The notes under the pieces were generated by a model, which did no database searches, was not told where the DNA came from, and was given only the letters and a program-made list of their open reading frames with translations. Shown here in pieces: positions 56,390 through 64,000 of a stretch of 64,000 nucleotides of DNA. The translations under genes and the position numbers were made by a program. Each line of letters opens with the position of its first letter. Position 1 is the first letter of the stretch. The DNA is from a virus (Duplodnaviria > Caudoviricetes). Location of the stretch: positions 24,800 to 88,799 of the IMG/VR virus record IMGVR_UViG_3300028549_001137; one strand, written 5' to 3'.

Positions 56390-58285
56390 ATGCACATCAA
56401 CATCACATATGATGATAACTTTACAGAATTAATGCTGCATCTCAGGTCTAAACATGGAATTAAGCTTTTTGAGCTCGATGGGGTAGGTTCACAGCTAGAT
56501 ATAGATAAATTTAGTAAGGGATTTTTTAGTACCAAAGGCACAGCAGCAGATGTAAGCATTGATAGTAACTCAAATATTAGCACAAAGGATATTATAGTAT
56601 ATAATACTGAGTTGCCTAAGCCGTACTTTAGACTTAATGCTTACTATCTTATATGGAAAAAACTTAGGCAGTTGTATGGCCAAACAGAGGCTAATAGAAT
56701 TATTGAGATGCAACTTACAGGTGATTTTTATATCAATGATTTCCATGGTGTCGCACAGGCTTATTGTTATAATTATAGCACATATGATGTTGCGCTTAGC
56801 GGTCTTACTATGGTAAATAAAATTAAGAGTGTCCCACCTAAATACTTATATGCTTTTAAATCACAATTAGAACAGTTTGTTGTGATAGCGGCAAATTCTA
56901 CATTAGGTGCTGTGGGGTTAGCGGATTTATTTATAGTTATGGGTTACTATGTGGATAAGATTCTTGACACAAAAAGTGATTCTGGATTCTGTTTTGCATA
57001 TGAAAAGGACTGTTGGAAGTATGTAAAAGAAAATATAGTGTCATTTATTTATACCATTAATCAACCGTCTCGTGCGCATCAAAGCCCATTTACAAACGTA
57101 TCTATATTTGATGACTACTTTCTTGAAAGCCTTGTTCCAGAATATACATTTCCTGACGGGAGAATACCTAAAATTGAAACTATTAAAAAAATACAAGAAT
57201 TATTTATAGATACTATGAATGATGAGTTGAGAAGAACACCTGTAACATTTCCAGTAACAACAGCATGTTTTTCTATAGATGATGATGGAGAAATTAATGA
57301 CTCTACATTTCTTGAAATGATAGCAGAGAAAAATATGGAGTTTGGTTTTATAAATCTATATTGTGGTAAGACCTCTACTCTCTCAAGCTGTTGCAGACTC
57401 CGCTCCGATACAAGTAATGAGTATTTTAATTCTTTTGGTTCTGGGTCCACTAAAATAGGTTCACTTGGGGTGGTGACAGTAAATCTTCCAAGATTGGCGT
57501 ATAAGCATAAAGGAAATGAAGAAGAATTCTCAGAGGCTCTTGTTGATATAGTAGAGGTGGTTGGAAGAATTAATAACTCTAAGAGACAAATCATTAAAAG
57601 CAGAATTACAAATGGCTCTCAGCCACTTTACTCGTTGGGGTTTATGGATATTAACAAACAGTATTCTACTTGCGGTCTTAATGGTATTAATGAGGCGTGT
57701 GAGGTGATGGGGTACGATATTCTCTCAGAGGAAGGAATAGAGTTTGTTATAAGGATGTTAGAGGTAATTAATACTACTAATGATAGATTACAGAAACAAT
57801 ATAAATCACCACATAACTGTGAGCAGACACCATCAGAAAATTCTTCTATTAAATTAGCAAATAAAGACAAACTAATGGGTTATGATATGGGATATCTACT
57901 ATATTCTAATCAGTTTATACCTTTGATTACTAAAGCGGATATACTTGATAGGATAAAACTTCAGGGGTTGTTTGATAAACATTTCAGCGGGGGTTCTATC
58001 TGTCATCTTAATATTGAAGAAAGAATAGTTGACAAACATAATATGATGGATATGATTAAGCTGTGTGCTAAAAAAGGCGTGATATATTTTGCTATTAATT
58101 ATAATTTACTTAGGTGTAAAAATGACCACATGACTGTTGGTAGAAGTGACGTGTGTTCAATATGCGGAGAACCTATTGAAGAATGTTTTACTAGAGTTGT
58201 GGGGTTCTTGACAGCCGTAAAGAACTGGCATAAGATAAGACGCGAAGAAGACTATCCAAATCGTCAGTTTTATAAAAATATTTAA
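56390..58285 (+). CDS. nrdD: Anaerobic (class III) ribonucleoside-triphosphate reductase, no ATP cone
   Basis: YINDFHG..YCY, QSPFTNVS, TFPVTT, finger loop SSCCRL, GSLGVVTVNLPRLA, CKNDH..CSICG zinc site, glycyl loop TRVVGFL. Confidence 0.93.
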   Translation: MHINITYDDNFTELMLHLRSKHGIKLFELDGVGSQLDIDKFSKGFFSTKGTAADVSIDSNSNISTKDIIVYNTELPKPYFRLNAYYLIWKKLRQLYGQTEANRIIEMQLTGDFYINDFHGVAQAYCYNYSTYDVALSGLTMVNKIKSVPPKYLYAFKSQLEQFVVIAANSTLGAVGLADLFIVMGYYVDKILDTKSDSGFCFAYEKDCWKYVKENIVSFIYTINQPSRAHQSPFTNVSIFDDYFLESLVPEYTFPDGRIPKIETIKKIQELFIDTMNDELRRTPVTFPVTTACFSIDDDGEINDSTFLEMIAEKNMEFGFINLYCGKTSTLSSCCRLRSDTSNEYFNSFGSGSTKIGSLGVVTVNLPRLAYKHKGNEEEFSEALVDIVEVVGRINNSKRQIIKSRITNGSQPLYSLGFMDINKQYSTCGLNGINEACEVMGYDILSEEGIEFVIRMLEVINTTNDRLQKQYKSPHNCEQTPSENSSIKLANKDKLMGYDMGYLLYSNQFIPLITKADILDRIKLQGLFDKHFSGGSICHLNIEERIVDKHNMMDMIKLCAKKGVIYFAINYNLLRCKNDHMTVGRSDVCSICGEPIEECFTRVVGFLTAVKNWHKIRREEDYPNRQFYKNI

Positions 58286-58293
58286 TATAGGAG

Positions 58294-58312
58294 TGGGGGA
58301 GTAACTCCCCCA
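58294..58312 (+). terminator. GC-rich hairpin TGGGGGAG-taa-CTCCCCCA between nrdD and nrdG (no U-tract)
   Basis: 8-bp perfect stem. Same motif as 39390-39412. Confidence 0.5.
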
Positions 58313-58325
58313 TAAATTAATAGTT

Positions 58326-58784
58326 ATGAGGATATTAGCCACGCAGTACACACTTTCTATGAAAAGTTTTGATATATATATATCAGGTTGTAAAGGCCCT
58401 CATTGTGTAGGCTGTCATAATCCAGAATCGTGGAGGTTTGATCAGGGCGAATGTTGGAATGACGAATATAGGAGAAGCCTATACAGTAAGATGTGTGAAT
58501 TTAGTTCGATGATAGATAAAATAATGTTGTTCGGTGGAGAACCGTTAGATAGTAGTATTGACAAACTAGAAGACATGCTTATATTAATAAACAGTTTGGA
58601 ATTACCTGTTTGGTTATTTACTCGTTATGATATATTAGAAGTACCAAAAAAAATAAAAACCTTGTGTGCTTATATTAAATGTGGTAGGTATGATGGCGAT
58701 AGATTAGTAGATAACTACATTCAATATGGTATAAAGTTAGCAACATCGAATCAGGTTATATACAAAAATGGAAAAGACTTTTAA
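58326..58784 (+). CDS. nrdG: Class III RNR activating enzyme (radical SAM)
   Basis: YISGCKGPHCVGCHNPESW (CX4CX2C), FGGEPLD, WLFTRY, KCGRY; lies directly after nrdD. Confidence 0.85.
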   Translation: MRILATQYTLSMKSFDIYISGCKGPHCVGCHNPESWRFDQGECWNDEYRRSLYSKMCEFSSMIDKIMLFGGEPLDSSIDKLEDMLILINSLELPVWLFTRYDILEVPKKIKTLCAYIKCGRYDGDRLVDNYIQYGIKLATSNQVIYKNGKDF

Positions 58785-58795
58785 GGAGAAGAGAT

Positions 58796-59401
58796 ATGAA
58801 TTTAGGATTTGATTTAGACGAGGTAATATCAAAAACATCTGAGATGGCTGTAAATCATTTGAACTCTGAGTTTGATTGTAAGTTTACAACTGATGTGTTT
58901 AAGCACTATGAATTCGATAAGAATGTATTTTCAGAAGATCCTGAGGATAATAAAGCCGCTGTAAATTGTTTGATATGGGCAGTTACAGATGCACGTATGT
59001 TGTCTACCACTGAGCCATACGAAGGGGCTGTTAAAGTCATGCAGATGTTTAGAAAGATGGGCCACAAAATATTTATTATCACTAAAAGAGCGCAGGAGCA
59101 TAGGGAAATAACATCCAGGTGGTTGTATTCTCATAACATACCTTTCGACAAACTTATTTTAACTGGTGAGCATGGTAAAGGTGTACACGCTAAACTACAC
59201 AATCTTGATTGTTTTGTTGACGACTCATATTCTAACTTAGAAGATCTTCATAGGTATAAACAACGCTGGAAGAAAGGCCTTATGCTTATGACACGTAGAT
59301 GGAACAAAGACGTTAAAGTAGATGCTGTAAAATACACTAGAGTAGATGGTTGGATAGAGATAATGAGACATATTGAAATTGGAAATAGATTTAAAAGATA
59401 A
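58796..59401 (+). CDS. HAD-superfamily 5'(3')-deoxyribonucleotidase-like protein
   Basis: GFDLDEVI, PYEGA, FIITKR, FVDDSYSNL. Confidence 0.8.
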   Translation: MNLGFDLDEVISKTSEMAVNHLNSEFDCKFTTDVFKHYEFDKNVFSEDPEDNKAAVNCLIWAVTDARMLSTTEPYEGAVKVMQMFRKMGHKIFIITKRAQEHREITSRWLYSHNIPFDKLILTGEHGKGVHAKLHNLDCFVDDSYSNLEDLHRYKQRWKKGLMLMTRRWNKDVKVDAVKYTRVDGWIEIMRHIEIGNRFKR

Positions 59402-59412
59402 AGGGGTTCCTT

Positions 59413-59766
59413 ATGATACGAAATAAAATAATGAAAATAAGCGATGGTTTTTATCGGTACGCTTGTAGTTGTGGTGATCCTAAATGTGATATAGGCCTGT
59501 ACTTTGATTACGCGGGGCCGGGATATATCACATTAAACATGTATAAAACTCTTACTGTCTCAGACTTTTGTATAGACGAAAATTGGTTTAGTATGGTGTA
59601 TACAAGGATCAAACTATCTTTAAAATTACTTTTTACTGGGGAACTTACTGTAGAGGGTGATTTAGTTGTTACTAGTGAGGAGGATGTTAAATCTTTAATA
59701 GATGGTTTATATGAAGGAATAGAGCATATAAGGAAATCAAATAATGATAAAGAGCATCTCGTATAA
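59413..59766 (+). CDS. Hypothetical protein (CSCG..C motif)
   Basis: AAGGGG SD; track ORF. Confidence 0.55.
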   Translation: MIRNKIMKISDGFYRYACSCGDPKCDIGLYFDYAGPGYITLNMYKTLTVSDFCIDENWFSMVYTRIKLSLKLLFTGELTVEGDLVVTSEEDVKSLIDGLYEGIEHIRKSNNDKEHLV

Positions 59767-60373
59767 TGAGCAGGTTATTATCAGGGGAATATTGGACCTA
59801 CATTGCGCCTGTCCAATAGAACTTGACCCTACATATAGTAAAGGTAATTTCTACAAGGATGGTGTTGCCACTCCGCGGCTAAAGTTTGATTTGTTCCCAC
59901 AAAGAGATGATGTTGTACAGGCTAATGCCGAGCACCTTCCTTTGGAAGATGAAAGTATAACTACTATGATGTTCGACCCCCCATTTCTCGCTACACGTGG
60001 TGACTCATTATTTAAAACTGATAGAAGCAATAAGATGGTTAAGCGCTTTGGGTCATACCCTACAGAGGTAGAACTATTTCAGTTCTATAAAAATGCACTT
60101 ACTGAGTTCTATAGGATATTAAAGAAATATGGTATTCTAATAGTTAAAATACAAGATAAAGTAAGTAGTGGAAAACAATACATGAGCCACATATTTATGG
60201 TGAATGAAGCAGAAAAATTAGGATTTTATTGTAAAGATATGTTTATCTTATTATCTAAACATAGAATGGTTCCTAAATGGCAGTTGGTTAACCAAAAGAA
60301 TGCTAGAAAGTTTCATTGTTATTTTTTAGTGTTCGAGAAATCAGGCAAAAAAATTAAATATACAGAGGGCTAA
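59744..60373 (+). CDS. Amino (N6-A/N4-C) DNA methyltransferase-like protein
   Basis: LDPTYSKG SAM-binding-like motif, ANAEHLP, catalytic FDPPF, FYRILKKYG. Confidence 0.75.
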   Translation: MIKSISYNEQVIIRGILDLHCACPIELDPTYSKGNFYKDGVATPRLKFDLFPQRDDVVQANAEHLPLEDESITTMMFDPPFLATRGDSLFKTDRSNKMVKRFGSYPTEVELFQFYKNALTEFYRILKKYGILIVKIQDKVSSGKQYMSHIFMVNEAEKLGFYCKDMFILLSKHRMVPKWQLVNQKNARKFHCYFLVFEKSGKKIKYTEG

Positions 60374-60376
60374 CTA

Positions 60377-60625
60377 ATGGATATATTGTTTACAGAACTA
60401 TCAAATATGCCTTATGTTGAATTGATAGTACTTATATCATTATTTGTTATTTGCTTTACATTTATATCTTTAACTTTGTATATTATATGTCAGTATGGTT
60501 TAGAAGATCACCATGTGTCTACTGAATATTGTGATCCGGATCCAGATTGTAATATATGTAAAGGTACTGGTTTTTTAGACGCAGAAAAAAGCATAGGTTG
60601 TGTGTGTACTGATAAAGTGATGTAG
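60377..60625 (+). CDS. Small membrane-anchored protein with CxxCxGxG zinc-finger tail
   Basis: Hydrophobic LIVLISLFVICFTFISLTLYII followed by CNICKGTG..CVC. Confidence 0.6.
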   Translation: MDILFTELSNMPYVELIVLISLFVICFTFISLTLYIICQYGLEDHHVSTEYCDPDPDCNICKGTGFLDAEKSIGCVCTDKVM

Positions 60626-60700
60626 GGTGGTTGCATTGATGTAGCTACCTATAGTGAATAGATAATTTAATTATTACTTATTATTAAGGGAGAAAGTATT

Positions 60701-60916
60701 ATGAGAGTAAAATGTGCATTATGTAAGAACGAAAAAAATAATAAATGTGTAGTAAAGAACGCGTCTGTTCATACTAATAAGGATAGAAAATGCGATCTTT
60801 ATGTGTACGATGTTGGTAAAGTTAAAACTACTACACCAAAAAATAAGCAGTCAGTCTCACACCCTGTTACTGGGGACTTGTCACGCTTTACTACATCTGC
60901 TTCAAGAGGTGAATAA
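60701..60916 (+). CDS. Small Cys-rich hypothetical protein
   Basis: GGGAG SD; CALC..C..C. TAATG coupling to rnhB. Confidence 0.6.
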   Translation: MRVKCALCKNEKNNKCVVKNASVHTNKDRKCDLYVYDVGKVKTTTPKNKQSVSHPVTGDLSRFTTSASRGE

Positions 60917-62499
60917 TGCCATCAAGTTATGCTACATATGAGATAGAAGAAAACATTAAGGCATCTGGGTATAACTATATAGTTGGTGTTGACGAGGCTG
61001 GTCGGGGCTGTGAACATCCAGACGCAGAGGTTCTTACTAAAACTGGTTGGAAATATTATAAAGAACTAACTTTAAAAGATAGTGTGATGTCATACACACC
61101 TGAAGGATTTATAGAGTGGCAACCAATATATTCTATTATAGAAAAAGATTTTGACGGTGAGATGGCTGACCTAAGTAATAGCACTATACATATAAATGTT
61201 ACACCCGATCACTATTTTGATGTGGTAGAACGAGATGAAGACGAGGACTTTAAATTTGTAGGTCGTACAAATGTACTTGATTTGAAGGACACTCACTGTA
61301 TTCCTAGGGGTGGTACTTGGATTGGAGAAGACAGGGAATACTTCAGTGTACCAGGAGATGATACTAAGATTCCAATGGAAACTTGGATACCGTTTTTAGG
61401 GGTTTATTTTTCATTTGGAGTAACATTTAAAACTGAGGACGGTCGTTACACTGTGATAGTACTTCCAGTAGATAGGGAAGGCCTTTCTGATAAAGTATAT
61501 GAGGTATGTAAAAAGTTACCTTTCTCTGTGTATAAGACTACGTTTGGTGTGCTTTTAGAAGGTGCTACATTATATACCTATTTAAAATCATTAGGTTATA
61601 GTTGTAATAGATACATACCTGAGGAGTTTAAAAAGTTATCTTTTAAATTATTAAATACTTTTATAGAGTGGATGCTTCTTGGTAAAGATGTTTATCGCAC
61701 TGTCTCAGTGGCCTTAAAAGATGACATCGAAGAGGTGCTACTAAAGATAGGTAAGACTTCACATACTCAGATAAAACTTCTGAATGACGCTGCATTTTAC
61801 GATACAGAGTGTACTACTCCATGTTTTGAAATGGAGATATCTCAGAACTGTATGTTGTGTGTAAAAGATCTTAATAAAAGATCGTTACCGTATGTAGGTA
61901 AAGTGTTTTGTTTGTCTTTAGTACAGTATCATAACTTTTATGTGCGAAGAAACGGTACTGGATATTTTACAGGTAATTGTGGCGCCGGGCCGGTAGTTGC
62001 TGGTGCAGTACATGTTCCAGATGAGGCGATACCAGCGTTGCTTTTTAATGTAAAAGATTCAAAGAAACTTACTGCTAATCGTAGAGAAGAGTTATTTAAC
62101 ATAATAAGAAGTACGTGTCATGTAGGTGTGGGTGTTGTAAGTAATCAAGTAATAGATGATATAAACATTTTGGAGGCCACCAAACTCGCGATGGAAGAAG
62201 CGGTGCATGCTCTTAATGGTACTGACTATGTTATAATAGATGGTACTGTTGTGCTTAGGGACTTTATCTATCCTCAGAAACAGATAGTTAAAGGTGATAC
62301 TAAATCTATATCTATAGCCGCGGCTAGTATTATTGCCAAGGTAACAAGAGATAGAATTATGATGGACCTTCATAGTATATTTAGTTTCTACGGATTTGAT
62401 AAGCATAAAGGGTACTTAACAAAACAACATGTAGACGCCATACAGGAATATGGTACTTGTGAACTTCATAGAATGACCTTTAGAAAGGTCGGAAAATAG
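60916..62499 (+). CDS. rnhB: Ribonuclease HII split by an intein (204 aa after splicing)
   Basis: VGVDEAGRG|CGAGPVVAGAV, KDSKKL, NILEAT, IIDG, KGD..S.SIAAASIIAKVTRD, HKGY.T..H, HRMTF. Confidence 0.95.
   Translation: MPSSYATYEIEENIKASGYNYIVGVDEAGRGCEHPDAEVLTKTGWKYYKELTLKDSVMSYTPEGFIEWQPIYSIIEKDFDGEMADLSNSTIHINVTPDHYFDVVERDEDEDFKFVGRTNVLDLKDTHCIPRGGTWIGEDREYFSVPGDDTKIPMETWIPFLGVYFSFGVTFKTEDGRYTVIVLPVDREGLSDKVYEVCKKLPFSVYKTTFGVLLEGATLYTYLKSLGYSCNRYIPEEFKKLSFKLLNTFIEWMLLGKDVYRTVSVALKDDIEEVLLKIGKTSHTQIKLLNDAAFYDTECTTPCFEMEISQNCMLCVKDLNKRSLPYVGKVFCLSLVQYHNFYVRRNGTGYFTGNCGAGPVVAGAVHVPDEAIPALLFNVKDSKKLTANRREELFNIIRSTCHVGVGVVSNQVIDDINILEATKLAMEEAVHALNGTDYVIIDGTVVLRDFIYPQKQIVKGDTKSISIAAASIIAKVTRDRIMMDLHSIFSFYGFDKHKGYLTKQHVDAIQEYGTCELHRMTFRKVGK
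61009..61977 (+). mobile_element. Intein (323 aa) in RNase HII with a degenerate endonuclease domain
   Basis: Starts CEHPDAEVLTKTGWK, VTPDH, ends VRRNGTGYFTGN followed by Cys+1. LAGLIDADG motifs are eroded (FLGVYFSFG; WMLLGKD). Confidence 0.9.
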
Positions 62500-62512
62500 A
62501 TAGGTGATAGTT

Positions 62513-63280
62513 ATGAATGATAAATTATTAGAAATGTTTCCTGATAATACGATACTTGCAGGATATAGAGGTAGTATTTCCCATAACACTTATGTGCCTA
62601 AGGACATGCCAAACAGTTCTGACGACATAGATTTAATGGGTGTGTTTATGCCACCCGCTAAAAGTTATTTAGGTTTAGACACACCTAAAGAAGTGAAAGA
62701 GACAATGCTAAACGAATATGACTTGGTGAGTTATGAGTTTAAAAAGACGGTTAGGATGTTACTTAAATCCAATCCTAATATTATGCCCATTTTGTGGCTT
62801 AAAAAAGATCACTACTTAAAGAAAACATTTTATGGTAGAGCACTATTAGACAATAGGGATTTATTCTCTTCTAAGGCGGCTTATAATGCCTACACTGGTT
62901 ATGCCCATAGCGAACTATTAAAAATAAACAAAACAGAGTTTAAAGGGTACATGGGCGCCAAGAGAAAGAAGTTGGTAGAGATGTATGGGTACGATTGCAA
63001 GCACGCTTCTCACTCCATCAGACTACTAAGGATGGGGGTAGAGTTTTTGGATACAGGTGTTCTTAATGTGTATAGGGAAAAAGATGCTTCCGAATTGGTA
63101 GATATAAAAACAGGTAAGTGGACAATAGATGAGGTTAAAGATGAGGCAAATAGATTATTCAGCCTCGCCAAATCGCAAGTGGATAAGTCGCCATTACCTA
63201 AAGTCCCTGATGTAGAGGCTGTAAATAAAATAGTTGAAGAGATAGTGTATGATCATATTAACAATGAAAAAAGGAATTAA
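62513..63280 (+). CDS. Pol-beta-superfamily nucleotidyltransferase (RlaP/YcgL-like, common in phages)
   Basis: GYRGSISHN..SDDIDLMGVF, YEFKK..LLKSNPNI, GYDCKHASHSIRLL. AGGTG SD before ATG 62513. Confidence 0.8.
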   Translation: MNDKLLEMFPDNTILAGYRGSISHNTYVPKDMPNSSDDIDLMGVFMPPAKSYLGLDTPKEVKETMLNEYDLVSYEFKKTVRMLLKSNPNIMPILWLKKDHYLKKTFYGRALLDNRDLFSSKAAYNAYTGYAHSELLKINKTEFKGYMGAKRKKLVEMYGYDCKHASHSIRLLRMGVEFLDTGVLNVYREKDASELVDIKTGKWTIDEVKDEANRLFSLAKSQVDKSPLPKVPDVEAVNKIVEEIVYDHINNEKRN

Positions 63281-63282
63281 AA

Positions 63283-63636
63283 ATGATAATACTATGGGAT
63301 AACGGTGTGTCAGATTGGTTGTATGCGGGACTTTTTGATGCCTTTGGATCTTACGCACAGTGGCTTAAAAAATGGAGCCCAGAAAAAGATGACGGTAGAT
63401 ATAATTATTTTTGTGCAGAGGTTGCTAAAGAAGTTGGAGCAAAATCATATAGATCGGTACAGCAACAGATTAATTGGGCAATATCTACTCAACCATGCTT
63501 TAAGAGTGGTTATCTATCTACCGTCCTTAGGAATAAGACGTATGCTGTTAAGAATAACCTTTTAACTGAGGACTATCTCCCATCTTTTGTGTATAAGGAT
63601 AGTTCATCAAATACAGTCATTCTAAGTTATTTGTAG
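63283..63636 (+). CDS. Hypothetical protein (117 aa)
   Basis: AAGGA SD overlapping the upstream stop; track ORF. Confidence 0.55.
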   Translation: MIILWDNGVSDWLYAGLFDAFGSYAQWLKKWSPEKDDGRYNYFCAEVAKEVGAKSYRSVQQQINWAISTQPCFKSGYLSTVLRNKTYAVKNNLLTEDYLPSFVYKDSSSNTVILSYL

Positions 63637-63662
63637 CCATTATAAGTTATTAATATTTAAAC

Positions 63663-63679
63663 GCCCGCGCTATGCGGGC
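63663..63679. terminator. GC hairpin GCCCGC-gctat-GCGGGC (possible terminator or processing stem)
   Basis: 6-bp all-GC stem in an AT-rich intergenic gap; no clear U-tract on the + strand. Confidence 0.4.
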
Positions 63680-63709
63680 AACACTAAAAAACAAGGAGAT
63701 CTAAATTTT

Positions 63710-64000
63710 ATGACACTTTTAAGTGAGATTTATGATGTTGTTCACAGCAACATGGACTGTTGCTCGCCACGTGCTACACTGGCTCAAAATCTGGTCACAG
63801 ATCACGATTATAACTGTGACGGACTGGCACCTGTGGCTAATTTTACAGTTAATATCGCAGCTGGTAATGCTCCTACTACAGTTAACTTTAGTGATTTGTC
63901 TAGTGGAGAAATAACTTCCTATTTGTGGAACTTCGGTGATGGAGCAACCTCTACAGCGACAAGCCCGTCACACATTTACTCGACTGTAGGTACTTACACT
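63710..64000 (+). CDS. PKD (Ig-like) domain protein, 3'-truncated by the window (not in the ORF track)
   Basis: AAGGAG SD, ATG 63710. Hand translation ..APVANFTVNIAAGNAPTTVNFSDLSSGEITSYLWNFGDGATSTATSPSHIYSTVGTYT contains the PKD WDFGDG-like signature. Confidence 0.85.
   Translation, partial: MTLLSEIYDVVHSNMDCCSPRATLAQNLVTDHDYNCDGLAPVANFTVNIAAGNAPTTVNFSDLSSGEITSYLWNFGDGATSTATSPSHIYSTVGTYT

Noticed and set aside
60626-60700. Further copy of the N16 promoter upstream of the 60701-rnhB unit
   Set aside because: The candidate -35 boxes (TTGCAT, TTGATG) do not give a TAnnnT at 16 nt.
26042-63636. Group I/II introns in nrdD, polA, recA or the ThyX-like gene
   Set aside because: All insertions are in-frame with Cys..(H/G)N-[CST] intein ends, and nrdD and recA are uninterrupted.
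1364-63914. Short alternative-frame + strand ORFs in the track (for example 1364, 23165, 29997, 53955, 55072, 63305, 63723)
   Set aside because: They overlap better-supported genes in another frame. 63723 is displaced by the PKD frame starting at 63710.
1-64000. Stop-codon reassignment as in some large phages
   Set aside because: Conserved genes are full length under the standard code, and TAA, TAG and TGA all end genes at expected positions.

Overview
AT-rich window with every credible gene on the + strand, densely packed and often translationally coupled. It reads as part of a large (jumbo/huge) tailed-phage genome, probably infecting an anaerobe (class III RNR, strong Shine-Dalgarno sites); the host cannot be assigned from this window. 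Bases 1-25.9 kb form a virion tail/adhesin module that includes a ~3560-aa multi-lectin-domain protein. Bases 26-36.7 kb form a bacteria-like replication/recombination module (DnaN clamp, RecA, DnaB, DnaG, SSB-like, RuvC-like, Cas4/RecB-like nuclease). Bases 36.8-49.5 kb form a sugar-modification island: two intein-split GT-B glycosyltransferases flanking an intein-split non-canonical ThyX-like gene, then a methyltransferase, a GT2-like protein, a radical SAM enzyme, an acetyltransferase, an oxidoreductase and a degenerate KdsC-like protein. Bases 49.6-64 kb carry a DnaX-like clamp loader, an intein-split family A polymerase, homing endonucleases, dut, nrdD/G, a nucleotidase, an MTase, an intein-split RNase HII, a nucleotidyltransferase and a truncated PKD-domain gene. 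I read six inteins, a family of TTGAC(A/T)-N16-TAnnnT promoters, recurrent hairpins and a deleted homing-endonuclease relic directly from the sequence. No CRISPR array, tRNA or rRNA was seen. All family assignments come from motif recognition by eye, not from database searches.
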